The notes beneath the pieces were generated by a model that saw nothing but the letters and a program-made list of their open reading frames with translations, was not told the DNA's origin and ran no database searches. From NCBI GenBank assembly GCA_050246315.1, contig JBFWWG010000007.1, positions 64,001-128,000 on the forward strand: DNA of 64,000 bases, in the 5' to 3' direction. This document shows, piece after piece, positions 43,657 through 52,829 of this stretch. Position 1 is the stretch's first letter; each line of letters starts with the position of its first letter. The stretch is from Nitrospiraceae bacterium. GTDB lineage: Bacteria; Nitrospirota; Nitrospiria; Nitrospirales; Nitrospiraceae. A program made the position numbers and the translations under genes.

Positions 43657-44813
43657 ATTCGATGAGTCTGGCTCCTCGCGCCGGGGCGCTCCGACATACC
43701 CATGGCTGGACCGCCTCCGTGCTGGTCCATTGCTTGGCTCTCGGAGCCGCATTCGCCATGGTTACAAATCTGAAGCCGGAGCCTCCTTTGGAGATCTTCC
43801 ATTGGGAGGTTTCCACCGTGCAACCACCTGCGCCTCAGTCAGCGTCGGAACCGACCCCGCCCGCTCAAACATCGCAGCCGCCTGCTCCGAAGCAACCTCC
43901 TATGCAACCTGTACGGCATCAACCAGTCACTCAGCCCATTTCCCATGTTGTCAAAACGATTCAACCAGTCCAGCAGATTGTGAAGCAACAAAGTACAACG
44001 GCTATGCAATCCCTAACCCCGGTCACGACCTCCACGCCTCAGTCGGTTGCCCCGGCCAGCCAGGAGGTTCAGGCCGTTGAGCGAACACAAGAACTGGTGG
44101 AAATGGAGTCGGCGGAAACTGTTCCACTGGCGACTCACAGCACCGCGGAGGTCAAGGAATCTGCGGAGGTGAAAGAAGTGCCGGTGGTATCGGCACAATC
44201 CGCAAACGCCGTTGCCAACGAAGTGGTATCCGAATCCGTGACCTCGGCGGTCCCGAACCGTCCTGTGGTTTCCCAACAGGTTGTCGAGGCGCCTGTCCCG
44301 CAGGCAATCGAAGCGCCGCCTGTGAGCACATCCACGGTCACGGAGGTCGCCCAGGCTGCTCCGGTCGTCCAACAGCAGGCAGCGGTCTCGGAGGTCGCTC
44401 AGGTTGCCCCGGTCGTCCAACAGCAGGCCCCTTTCGTACAGGAGGCCAAGCTGGTCCCCCAGTCGGCGGGAGAGCCAACGGAAACCAGACAGGTTCCTGT
44501 GCGTTCCACCCCGACGACCAAGGCGGATTATGGGTGGCTTGTGGAGACCCTGTGGGGTCGCGTTGAGGAGTTGAAAAATTATCCTCACATGGCTCGTCTG
44601 AACCGATGGGAAGGCAAGGTCGTCTTGCGCGCCGTCATCAAAGATGATGGAGAACTGCTTTCGGTCGATGTCGTTTCAAGCTCCGGCCATGCCATTTTGG
44701 ACAAGGATGCCGTCGAGATCCTCCGAAAGGCATCACCGCTACACCTGAAGCATCCGCTCGGGAAGCCTCAGGTCATGGTTCAGGTGCCGATCAGCTATTC
44801 GCTGCGTCGCTAA
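43653..44813 (+). CDS. tonB: Energy transducer TonB with long low-complexity linker
   Basis: SVLVH TM motif, Pro/Gln/Val linker, YPHMARLNRWEGKV...SSGHAILDKDA C-domain. Confidence 0.9.
   Translation: MNSMSLAPRAGALRHTHGWTASVLVHCLALGAAFAMVTNLKPEPPLEIFHWEVSTVQPPAPQSASEPTPPAQTSQPPAPKQPPMQPVRHQPVTQPISHVVKTIQPVQQIVKQQSTTAMQSLTPVTTSTPQSVAPASQEVQAVERTQELVEMESAETVPLATHSTAEVKESAEVKEVPVVSAQSANAVANEVVSESVTSAVPNRPVVSQQVVEAPVPQAIEAPPVSTSTVTEVAQAAPVVQQQAAVSEVAQVAPVVQQQAPFVQEAKLVPQSAGEPTETRQVPVRSTPTTKADYGWLVETLWGRVEELKNYPHMARLNRWEGKVVLRAVIKDDGELLSVDVVSSSGHAILDKDAVEILRKASPLHLKHPLGKPQVMVQVPISYSLRR
44341..44428 (+). repeat. 48-bp in-frame tandem duplication inside tonB
   Basis: EVAQAAPVVQQQA and EVAQVAPVVQQQA units starting at 44341 and 44389. 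Confidence 0.85.
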
Positions 44814-44971
44814 GCGCAGGCCACGATGCCGGTGCAGGAGGAGCGATCGCATCGTGCACAGTAGAAGATTGGCATTGTGACTCAAGAGTAAGAGGGTACC
44901 GCGGTCCGGGATTTCGGAGATCGCCATTCATCATCCATCATCTTGCAGCCAGTTCTGACGCGGAGGGTAAC

Positions 44972-45421
44972 GTGAAAGAGAGACAGTCTGTTCGGGCGCT
45001 GTTGATTCCAGGACTCATCCTCGCACTCGTTTGCAGTGTCACTGGGGCTGCGTTTGGTCAAGCGAAGCATGACAAAGCCTTTACTGCCACTGTGACCGAC
45101 GCACAGGGGATTGAAAGTGAGGTCAAGAATGTCCATTTCTACTGGGAGGAGAAGGTCAGCGAAACAGCGTTCGTCCCTCACGAATTGAGACACGTTCCCG
45201 TCAAGCGCGGCACGGCGACCGTCAACGTCAAATTCGACACGATCAAACAGATCGATATTAAGCCCGCCTCCGACAGCGGACTCCCGATGCTACTCATCAC
45301 CCTGAGCAACGGCAAGACCGGCGAATTTGCCTTGGCCATCGATGGGAAGTTCAAAGGGGAGTCCGACTTTGGTGAAGTAGAATTGCCTGCAGGCGGCCTC
45401 AGGAAGGTGGTCTTCAAGTGA
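44972..45421 (+). CDS. Secreted beta-rich hypothetical protein
   Basis: GGAGGG RBS, GTG start, signal peptide ending AFG/QA; lies between tonB and the receptor. Confidence 0.75.
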   Translation: MKERQSVRALLIPGLILALVCSVTGAAFGQAKHDKAFTATVTDAQGIESEVKNVHFYWEEKVSETAFVPHELRHVPVKRGTATVNVKFDTIKQIDIKPASDSGLPMLLITLSNGKTGEFALAIDGKFKGESDFGEVELPAGGLRKVVFK

Positions 45422-45545
45422 AGCCCCGCTTCACAAAGGGACGCCTGGGCGCCCCGAACCGTGTGGACGTCACGGCGAGCTACCCGTACTCGCTTTTTGT
45501 AGAGCTCACTCTCAGCCGTTAGACACTTTCAGGAGGATGAAAACG

Positions 45546-47939
45546 ATGTGTGAAGGGTTATCATGTAAATGGCTATTGAGAATAGGAACTAATTTTAATA
45601 TCAAGCCATGGACACGATTCGCCGCTTGGTACGTGCTCACGTTCTCATGCGTACTGATTGCACCCGCCTTCGCGCAATCGCCTTCGACGACGGAGCAGCC
45701 TGAGGAGACTTCGAAAAACGAGGCGGTTGGCTCCAAGGAGGAGGCGGTCCAGGTAAAAGAGGAGGCAGTCCAAGCAAAGGAAGAGGAAGCGCCCATCAAG
45801 ATTCCACTGACGGAAGTCATCGGCACCTCCCCTGAGGCATTGGAACATATTCCGGGCTCCGGTCGCGTCATCACGAAGGAGAGAATTGAGCAGAATCATC
45901 GTTTCTCCATCAATGAAACCCTGCGCGAGGTCCCCGGCGTCAATGTGCGGGACGAGGAGGGATTGGGAATTCGGCCGAACATCGGAATCCGCGGCCTCGA
46001 CCCGACCCGCAGCCGCAAAGTGCATATCATGGAAGACGGCGTACCGATCATGCTGATGCCCTACGCCGATCCCTCGGCCTATTATTTTCCTCCGATCTTT
46101 CGCTTCGATCGCATTGAAGTCCTGAAAGGCAGCGGCCAATTGCTCTTCGGACCGCAAAATATCGGCGGGGTGATGAACCTCATCACGCGCATGCCGCCCC
46201 CTACGCCAGAAGGGAATATTCAGTTCTGGGGCGGCAACCTCAACTATATCAACACCCATTTTGACTACGGAGGCACGTGGGGCAAGAGCGGATACTTGGT
46301 CGACTATACGCATTATCAAAGTGATGTGCCGCGCTTTACGAACACGCGGGCGAAGATCGACGACCTGACCTTCAAAACAGTGCAAGAGTTGAGCGATCGC
46401 ACTCAAATCCTGGCCAAGTTCAACTACTATCGAGAGGAATCCAGCATTGGCTACCAAGGCCTCACCGAAAGCATGTATGCACAGAATCCCCGCACGACTC
46501 CGTTCACGAACGACAATCTGGAGTTCCAGCGCATCGGCGCCCATGTCGCGGTCAATCACATGTTTACGGCCAATCTAACCTCGACCACTAATTTCTTCGG
46601 CCACTACATTGATCGGCCTTGGCAAAGGCAGTTCCAACAGGGCGTCGATGTCAACGGGAACCCTGTGGGCCCCGTCGTGCTCAGCAACAACATACCGGCC
46701 TCCTCCTATGCCGTCGTCCCGGCGGACGGTCGGTTTACCAACGCGCGGGAGTACTGGGTCTGGGGCGTCGAGCCGCGGTTCCATTATGTCCATCGGCTGT
46801 TCGGTATCAGCGCGGAGGCGGATTTCGGCGCACGGTACATGTACGAACAGGGCGACCGGATTCAGTACCGGAATCTCGCCTCCGGCGCGGGCGCCAATTT
46901 CAGTTGCTTCACCCCCCCGCCAGGCTCGACGACGTGCTTGGGGGAAAGCAATTTCCGTACGACGAACGCCTATGCCCTGTTTTTCCAAGAGCGGTTGATC
47001 ATGGGCAAATTCACCATTACTCCGGGAGTGCGGCTCGAGTACTTCAAATATACTGCGGACAACCGGTTGGCCAACAACGGCAACGGCAACTTCGGCGAAA
47101 CCGAATTCTTCGAGGCGTTGCCGGGCATCGGCGCCACATACTCCCTGAACAAGAACCATATGTTCTTTGCTGGAGCCCATCGCGGCATGTCCCCGCCATT
47201 GATCTCCGATGCGGTCACAGGGACCGGTGCCGTGGTGGACCTTGAACCCGAGTTGAGCTGGACTTACGAAATCGGCGCCAGGGGTACGCCGACTTACTGG
47301 GCCGGTTATGAACTGACCTTTTTCGAGTTGGACTTCCAAAACCAAATCGTTTCCCAGTCGGTTGCAGGGGGCGCCGGCGCGACGCAGACTAGTGCTGGCC
47401 ACACTCGACATCGCGGGATCGAATTCGCCACCAAATTGGACCTCTTGGACGCCGTGACTCGCCAAAACAATGATCAGGATCTCCTCTTCGACGTCAACTT
47501 TACCTGGGTCGCGGATGCGGAATTCAGAGGGACGCGGAACAGCTCCATCACGGGTTCCGCCCTGCTCCCCGGTGAACCCACCACGGTCAGCGTGACGGGC
47601 AACCGGCTGCCCTACGCTCCCGAGTATATGTTGACGGCCGGATTGGGCTACACCCACCGACCGTTTGGATTCAATGCCAGGCTGGAAACTCAATGTCTCA
47701 GCGACATGTACGCGGACGACCGGAACACCGTCACCCCCACGCCCAACGGACAGCGTGGGTTGATCAGCGGATGGTGCGTGCTGAACGCTGCCATCAACCA
47801 GTATGTCAAACCGATTAAGACGACATTTTTCTTTGTCGGCAAGAACATGCTGGGTCAAGACTTCATCGTGGATCGGACCCGAGGGATTTATTCGGGAATG
47901 CCGGCGCTCTGGCAGGCCGGAGCCAAATGGACGTTCTGA
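45546..47939 (+). CDS. TonB-dependent receptor, FecA-like
   Basis: Signal peptide, TEVIG box, plug LREVPGV...NIGIRG...EDGVP...RIEVLKG, NRLPYAPE, C-terminal WTF; ATG 45546 best spaced from AGGAGG. Confidence 0.95.
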   Translation: MCEGLSCKWLLRIGTNFNIKPWTRFAAWYVLTFSCVLIAPAFAQSPSTTEQPEETSKNEAVGSKEEAVQVKEEAVQAKEEEAPIKIPLTEVIGTSPEALEHIPGSGRVITKERIEQNHRFSINETLREVPGVNVRDEEGLGIRPNIGIRGLDPTRSRKVHIMEDGVPIMLMPYADPSAYYFPPIFRFDRIEVLKGSGQLLFGPQNIGGVMNLITRMPPPTPEGNIQFWGGNLNYINTHFDYGGTWGKSGYLVDYTHYQSDVPRFTNTRAKIDDLTFKTVQELSDRTQILAKFNYYREESSIGYQGLTESMYAQNPRTTPFTNDNLEFQRIGAHVAVNHMFTANLTSTTNFFGHYIDRPWQRQFQQGVDVNGNPVGPVVLSNNIPASSYAVVPADGRFTNAREYWVWGVEPRFHYVHRLFGISAEADFGARYMYEQGDRIQYRNLASGAGANFSCFTPPPGSTTCLGESNFRTTNAYALFFQERLIMGKFTITPGVRLEYFKYTADNRLANNGNGNFGETEFFEALPGIGATYSLNKNHMFFAGAHRGMSPPLISDAVTGTGAVVDLEPELSWTYEIGARGTPTYWAGYELTFFELDFQNQIVSQSVAGGAGATQTSAGHTRHRGIEFATKLDLLDAVTRQNNDQDLLFDVNFTWVADAEFRGTRNSSITGSALLPGEPTTVSVTGNRLPYAPEYMLTAGLGYTHRPFGFNARLETQCLSDMYADDRNTVTPTPNGQRGLISGWCVLNAAINQYVKPIKTTFFFVGKNMLGQDFIVDRTRGIYSGMPALWQAGAKWTF

Positions 47940-47989
47940 GCGGAATCGGCAAGTCGAACCATGAGCTTCGGACAAATAAAGGACTGAAC

Positions 47990-48175
47990 ATGATGACCCA
48001 ACGGGCCGTCAGAGACAGCCACCAGACCGACGACAGCGAGGATGTGCGTTGCGACTGCGGCCAGCTTGTGGCCCGATGGGTGGGCGACGACATCCAGATC
48101 AAATGCAAGCGGTGCCGGCGTCTTGTGCGGATCGCGGTGCCGAGATCCCGATCCTCCCCATCGGGCAAGTCCTGA
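47990..48175 (+). CDS. Com-family (phage Mu Com-like) zinc-knuckle protein, 61 aa
   Basis: AAAGGA RBS; VRCDCGQLVAR...IQIKCKRCRRLV matches the RC..C.KLL...IEIKC.RC pattern. Confidence 0.75.
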   Translation: MMTQRAVRDSHQTDDSEDVRCDCGQLVARWVGDDIQIKCKRCRRLVRIAVPRSRSSPSGKS

Positions 48176-48245
48176 CCGTCGGGAGACGAGGCGAGCTTCC
48201 TCGAACGGTCAACATTCGACACGAGGCCAGAGGTTTCAAACCCAG

Positions 48246-48281
48246 AGCCCACGATCGCGTGATGCGATCGTGGGCTTTTTT
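48246..48281 (+). terminator. Intrinsic terminator/attenuator between the Com-like gene and the HD-GYP gene
   Basis: Perfect 13-bp stem AGCCCACGATCGC-gtgat-GCGATCGTGGGCT running into TTTTTT. Confidence 0.85.
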
Positions 48282-48306
48282 GTCATGCGAGATCACGGAG
48301 AGGGAC

Positions 48307-49011
48307 ATGCCCATGTCACAGTACACCCCTGGATTCCCCATCGGAAGGGGCAACCTGCTCAGCATCTTGGAAGACTTGAAAGCACTCGATTTTGGGCCTC
48401 CCTCGTGCGCCATTCACTGGGCCGCGATCTCGCGTGTGGTCCGGGAGCTGGCCGCCCTGATCGATCGCATCTCTCCGCGACATCAAGGACACGGTCGCCG
48501 CACAGCCGACTTCGCTCACCGTCTCGGTTTGACTTTGGGTCTTCCATGGGACGAGCTCCGAGATCTGGCGCTGGCCTCACACCTCCACGATATCGGCCTC
48601 TTGGCGCTTCCGCCCGACCTCGTCAAAGAACATCGCGAACTCTCTCCGCAGGAATTCGTCCGCTACCAAAACCATCCTCGTTCCGGGGCCGAGCTCCTGG
48701 AGTCGATTTCTTTCCTCAAGCGCCCGGCGCTCTGGATCGCTCACCATCATGAGCGGTGGGACGGCTGTGGCTATCCCTACGGGTTGCGCGGCGAATACAT
48801 CCCGTTGGGTGCCAGGATACTGGCCATTGCAGACACCTTTGATCTGTATCTGCACCAAGCTGGCCACGCTCCCGAATCAAACATCCTGGCGGCCACGTCC
48901 CTGTTGCGGGTCGTAGCCGGTTCGCAACTGGACCCTGAGCTTGTCGAGCAGTTTCTCCAAATTGTCTCCTCACTTACATTTTCTGATCCCACACTTTTGG
49001 GATCTCATTGA
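48307..49011 (+). CDS. Stand-alone HD-GYP domain protein
   Basis: GHGRRTA, LHDIG, HHERWDGCGYPYGL, ARILAIADTFD; GGAGAGGG RBS. Confidence 0.88.
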   Translation: MPMSQYTPGFPIGRGNLLSILEDLKALDFGPPSCAIHWAAISRVVRELAALIDRISPRHQGHGRRTADFAHRLGLTLGLPWDELRDLALASHLHDIGLLALPPDLVKEHRELSPQEFVRYQNHPRSGAELLESISFLKRPALWIAHHHERWDGCGYPYGLRGEYIPLGARILAIADTFDLYLHQAGHAPESNILAATSLLRVVAGSQLDPELVEQFLQIVSSLTFSDPTLLGSH

Positions 49012-49147
49012 AGATACGGCCCGGGAACATGGACATGATCGACAGCGGTTCGACAGCTTCATTCAATTTATTCGGCCACGAAGGATTCACCTACCCGGCA
49101 TGCACGGGTATAGGTGACGTCGGCTATCACCGAGGGAGGGGACTTCC

Positions 49148-50908
49148 ATGCTGTATCATTCGCCCACGCATTTGACATCAGGACCGTCCAATTGGGCCCG
49201 CTCGACTCTGTCCGGATTGCTCCTTGTTCTCCTTCTGACCGGCTGCGGTTCCGACTCCGACAACGCCAGCTCGACCGGTCAGACCAACCCCGCTCCAACC
49301 GGTACGGCAGGCGCCGAGGAAGATGTGGGCGAACGGCTGTTCGTGGAGACTCGGTTCGCCCGCGCTTTCAAGCTCTTTCTGGACGGGGGAGGGAAAGTCA
49401 ACGACCCGCTTCCTACAGGTGACCCGGTGATGAACGAAACACAGACCACCGGCCAGCCGCTGCCCGGCCCATTCGCAGGGATGTCCATGAACTGCCGCGC
49501 CTGCCACCTGGTGGACGAACAGGTCGGCGTCGCCGGAGGCGGCATGCGGACCTATGCGGATTTTGCGAGGCGGAGCCCCGTTCCGCAGGCGTCTGACGGC
49601 CATGTCACGAGTCCGAGACATGCTCCGCCGCTCGTCGGCGCCTCGGTGGATCGACCGGTTGGGACCCTATTTCACCTAGACGGAGAGTTCGCAACCATGG
49701 AAGATCTGGTTGCAGGCACCTTCACGGACCGCAATTTCGGATGGATGCCGGGGCAGAAAGCCGAGGCCATCCAACAACTGGCTCGGGTGATTCGCGAGGA
49801 CGACGGCAAGGGCAATCTCGCGCAGGAGTTTGACGGGCAATCCTATCGCATGCTACTTGCGGGGACCGACCCCGCCATCCCTGAAGATTTTCGGCTGCCA
49901 TCCGACTTCCGCATCAATGTGGACTCGAGCACGGATGAGGAGGTCTTCAATGCCGTGGTGCGGCTCGTCAGCGCCTATGTCACAGGACTCGAATTTTCCC
50001 AAGAGGACGAAGACGGCGTTCCGATCCGTTCGCCATTCGATATCTTTCTGGAGGTCAACAATCTTCCGCCGCAGCCTGACCAGAATGAACTCCCGCTCGA
50101 CTATAGCCGCCGGCTCCGCGGGCTGGTGGCTGGGCTCCAGAATCCAATATTCGTTCAGGCCAACCCCAATCGATCTGATGGCAAGTTCCAATTTCACGAC
50201 CAACCATTCCAGTTCGGTGCCAAGGAACTGGAGGGCTTGAAAATCTTTCTGAGTGAACCTCAGACGGCCACGGCATCACCGGAAGAATTGGCCCAGGGTA
50301 AAATCGGCAACTGCGTTCGCTGTCACGCCGCCCCTCATTTCACCGATTTCAAACTCCACAACACCGGCGTCAACCAAAAGGAATACGACGACCTGCACGG
50401 TGCAGGTCAATTTGCGCAGCTTGCGATACCATCTCTCTCGGCCAGGAAGGCCGCTCCGCAGCAATATCTGCCGGCAACCCATGAGCATCCCACCTATCAG
50501 GGGCCGTTCCGCTCTCCGCCATCGGCTTCGAATCCGGCACTGACGGACCTCGGCCTCTGGAACATCTTCGCCAACCCCGACATGCCCAATCCGCAAGCGA
50601 CGATCCGGGCGATCCTCTGTGAGGATCAGCCTTCTCCCTGCCCTTCGGACGACGTCCTGCTCCCGTTGACAATTGCTCGCTTCAAGACTCTCAGCCTCCG
50701 CGACCTCGGCCACTCGGCCCCCTATATGCACAACGGGCAACTCGACACTCTGGACGATATTGTGACCGCCTATCGGAACTCGTCCAACGCCGCGCGTGGC
50801 GGCACCCTCCGGAACCATGATCCGCTCCTTCTTGGGATTGCATTGACCGCAAGTGATGTCTCCCCGTTGGTCGCATTTCTTCATTCGCTCAATGAGGACT
50901 ACCAGTGA
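49148..50908 (+). CDS. Di-heme cytochrome c peroxidase superfamily lipoprotein (bCcP/MauG/MbnH-like)
   Basis: Lipobox LTGC, GERLF, CRACH, RHAPPL, CVRCH, FTDFKLHNTG, FKTLSLRDL..SAPYMHNG, LVAFLHSL. Confidence 0.88.
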   Translation: MLYHSPTHLTSGPSNWARSTLSGLLLVLLLTGCGSDSDNASSTGQTNPAPTGTAGAEEDVGERLFVETRFARAFKLFLDGGGKVNDPLPTGDPVMNETQTTGQPLPGPFAGMSMNCRACHLVDEQVGVAGGGMRTYADFARRSPVPQASDGHVTSPRHAPPLVGASVDRPVGTLFHLDGEFATMEDLVAGTFTDRNFGWMPGQKAEAIQQLARVIREDDGKGNLAQEFDGQSYRMLLAGTDPAIPEDFRLPSDFRINVDSSTDEEVFNAVVRLVSAYVTGLEFSQEDEDGVPIRSPFDIFLEVNNLPPQPDQNELPLDYSRRLRGLVAGLQNPIFVQANPNRSDGKFQFHDQPFQFGAKELEGLKIFLSEPQTATASPEELAQGKIGNCVRCHAAPHFTDFKLHNTGVNQKEYDDLHGAGQFAQLAIPSLSARKAAPQQYLPATHEHPTYQGPFRSPPSASNPALTDLGLWNIFANPDMPNPQATIRAILCEDQPSPCPSDDVLLPLTIARFKTLSLRDLGHSAPYMHNGQLDTLDDIVTAYRNSSNAARGGTLRNHDPLLLGIALTASDVSPLVAFLHSLNEDYQ

Positions 50909-51051
50909 CCCACGCAAGTCAGTTCTCAGAACCACCGAGACCCGCATGGAACGGGCCACGAGGAGGCGGAGTTGTACCCCTCCGCCTCCTGGGCAGGGGG
51001 CTCCACCCCTCCTGCGGGTCCCCTGCCCACCATATTCAGGAGTGATCAAGC

Positions 51052-51651
51052 ATGGAAGAGTATCGCCGACAAGCTGATCAATCCCTGTCGCCCATCTTGG
51101 AAGGGACTGCGGTGCGGAAAGCGCCCCTTGAGTCCCCTCCTCAGCGAACACATGTTTGGCGTAGGAGGTTCGACGACTTGCACCCTCAGTCCCCGGAATG
51201 GACAGCGTGGCGAGATGAATCGTACACCGGACGGAAACTCCAACACCCGGCCTCCCGGTCTACGATGCATTTGCCAGGCAACGTTTCGCCTCAGGGCCTT
51301 GCCCCGACGACGTTGCGAGAGCGCATTCGGGTATTCATGATCGACAACCTCCATCGGGGGTTGACCTTGAAGGATCTGTCTGTATTTCTCGGATACTCGG
51401 AGAAATACTGCTCCGAATTGTTTCTAAAGATCATGGGAGAGCCGTTCTCGCGTTGGCGAGAACGGCTCCGAGTCCATGAAGCGAGACGCTTGTTGGCAAC
51501 CACTGCGACGTCGATGACGGACATCGCGGAATCGCTGGGCTTCTCGGATCAATTTTCGTTCAGCCACTTCTTCAAGAAAGCGGTCGGCTGTTCACCGCGA
51601 ATGTTCCGGACTCGATCGGTCAATCCGGCTCATCCACGAAGCTCCTGCTGA
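51052..51651 (+). CDS. AraC-family HTH regulator, copy 1 (start uncertain)
   Basis: LTLKDLSVFLGYSEKYCSELF...IAESLGFSDQFSFSHFFKKAVGCSPRMFR. Confidence 0.8.
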   Translation: MEEYRRQADQSLSPILEGTAVRKAPLESPPQRTHVWRRRFDDLHPQSPEWTAWRDESYTGRKLQHPASRSTMHLPGNVSPQGLAPTTLRERIRVFMIDNLHRGLTLKDLSVFLGYSEKYCSELFLKIMGEPFSRWRERLRVHEARRLLATTATSMTDIAESLGFSDQFSFSHFFKKAVGCSPRMFRTRSVNPAHPRSSC

Positions 51652-51779
51652 CTATCGCCAGAAACGGGAGTTACACCTCATGCCCTCACGAGGTGAGGTA
51701 ATGCTCCCTCGTCCGGCGCCCGGTAGAGACATGAAGGACCCGGCCACTCATTGCGAGGCGGCGCCGGCTCCGTGTACGA

Positions 51780-52250
51780 ACCGCTCGCCTGGCCAGTCGC
51801 CGGTTCTCATTCCGCTCTTCCTCGTATGGCAGGTGATTGGCTGGTGATCGTTTTCTTACTCTTTGCACCCTGAATCAACCATGGGACAAGACGGTGCTCG
51901 CGATCAGGTCCCCAACCGCACTCCGCCCATGACTACGCGGTCACCCGGCGCCACGCATTCGTCGCTTCCACAGGAACCGGACGGCTCGGTCAATTGATAA
52001 TCCCGCCGGGGATCGGGGAAAAGAGGGCCGAGCCTTCCCGGTCCGCACCGACCGATGTGGATGCCTCGTTTCGCCAGGTACCAGACCGTCTGCGCATGGC
52101 CAAGGTCGCCCATGCGAACGACAGTGCCGAAACGGTTTCGGCGCAAGTCGAGATGACCACTATCTGCGCCCCGTTCGAAGGAACGGCACTCACGTTCGTG
52201 TAAATGGGCGAGACTAGTCGGGCGGGGGAGATGCCTCCTCGTAGCGCAGT
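51780..52250 (+). pseudogene. Decayed copy of the periplasmic adaptor gene at 52826
   Basis: Frame reads LVIVFLLFAP*...DYAVTRRHAFVASTGTGRL...TTICAPFEGTALTFV*MGE versus intact GYVVAQRQASVASKGTGRL...TVIRAPFDGTVLKKFAEIGE. Confidence 0.75.
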
Positions 52251-52271
52251 GAGGCGTACAGGAAGATCCCT

Positions 52272-52829
52272 ATGGCAAGAATGCCGCAACCAGAGATCGA
52301 CTCAGACCGCACCCTGTCTTCGACAACCGAATGGCGTCGCCAGGTTCCGCCATGGGCTGCCAAGCTTGCTCACGTCAGCTCGGAGAAGGAACTGCTGGAG
52401 GCCGTCGCAGACCTCTGCAACTTCCGCCATGACGTGCCGTTCTGGGATGACGACACGGATCCGGAAGCCTCTCTCGCGGCGCGCATGGCAGCCTTCATTC
52501 ACGAGAACCTCCATAAGGGCTTGACCCTGAAGGTCCTCGCTCAATTCCTTGGGTATTCGGAAAAATACTGTTCTGAGCTCTTTCGCGACATCATGGGTGA
52601 ATCCTTTTCCTCTCATGTGAAGCGGCAGCGGCTCATCCATGCGACACGACTACTCAGCTCGACCGACAAGGGAATGGCGGAGATTGCCCGTGCTATTGGA
52701 TTTAGCGACCAATTCGCCTTCAGTCATTTCTTCAAGCGGGCGACAGGACTCTCACCCATCCAAATACGGACCCATGACAACGCAGGTTCTCGACAACGAA
52801 TGAGGAATCGCCGAACGGTGACACCATGA
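52272..52829 (+). CDS. AraC-family HTH regulator, copy 2
   Basis: LTLKVLAQFLGYSEKYCSELF...IARAIGFSDQFAFSHFFKRATGLSP; ATGA overlap with the next gene. Confidence 0.88.
   Translation: MARMPQPEIDSDRTLSSTTEWRRQVPPWAAKLAHVSSEKELLEAVADLCNFRHDVPFWDDDTDPEASLAARMAAFIHENLHKGLTLKVLAQFLGYSEKYCSELFRDIMGESFSSHVKRQRLIHATRLLSSTDKGMAEIARAIGFSDQFAFSHFFKRATGLSPIQIRTHDNAGSRQRMRNRRTVTP

Noticed and set aside
48049..48306. Extended N-terminus of the HD-GYP ORF given in the track
   Set aside because: Overlaps the Com-like gene and spans the terminator; a good RBS supports ATG 48307
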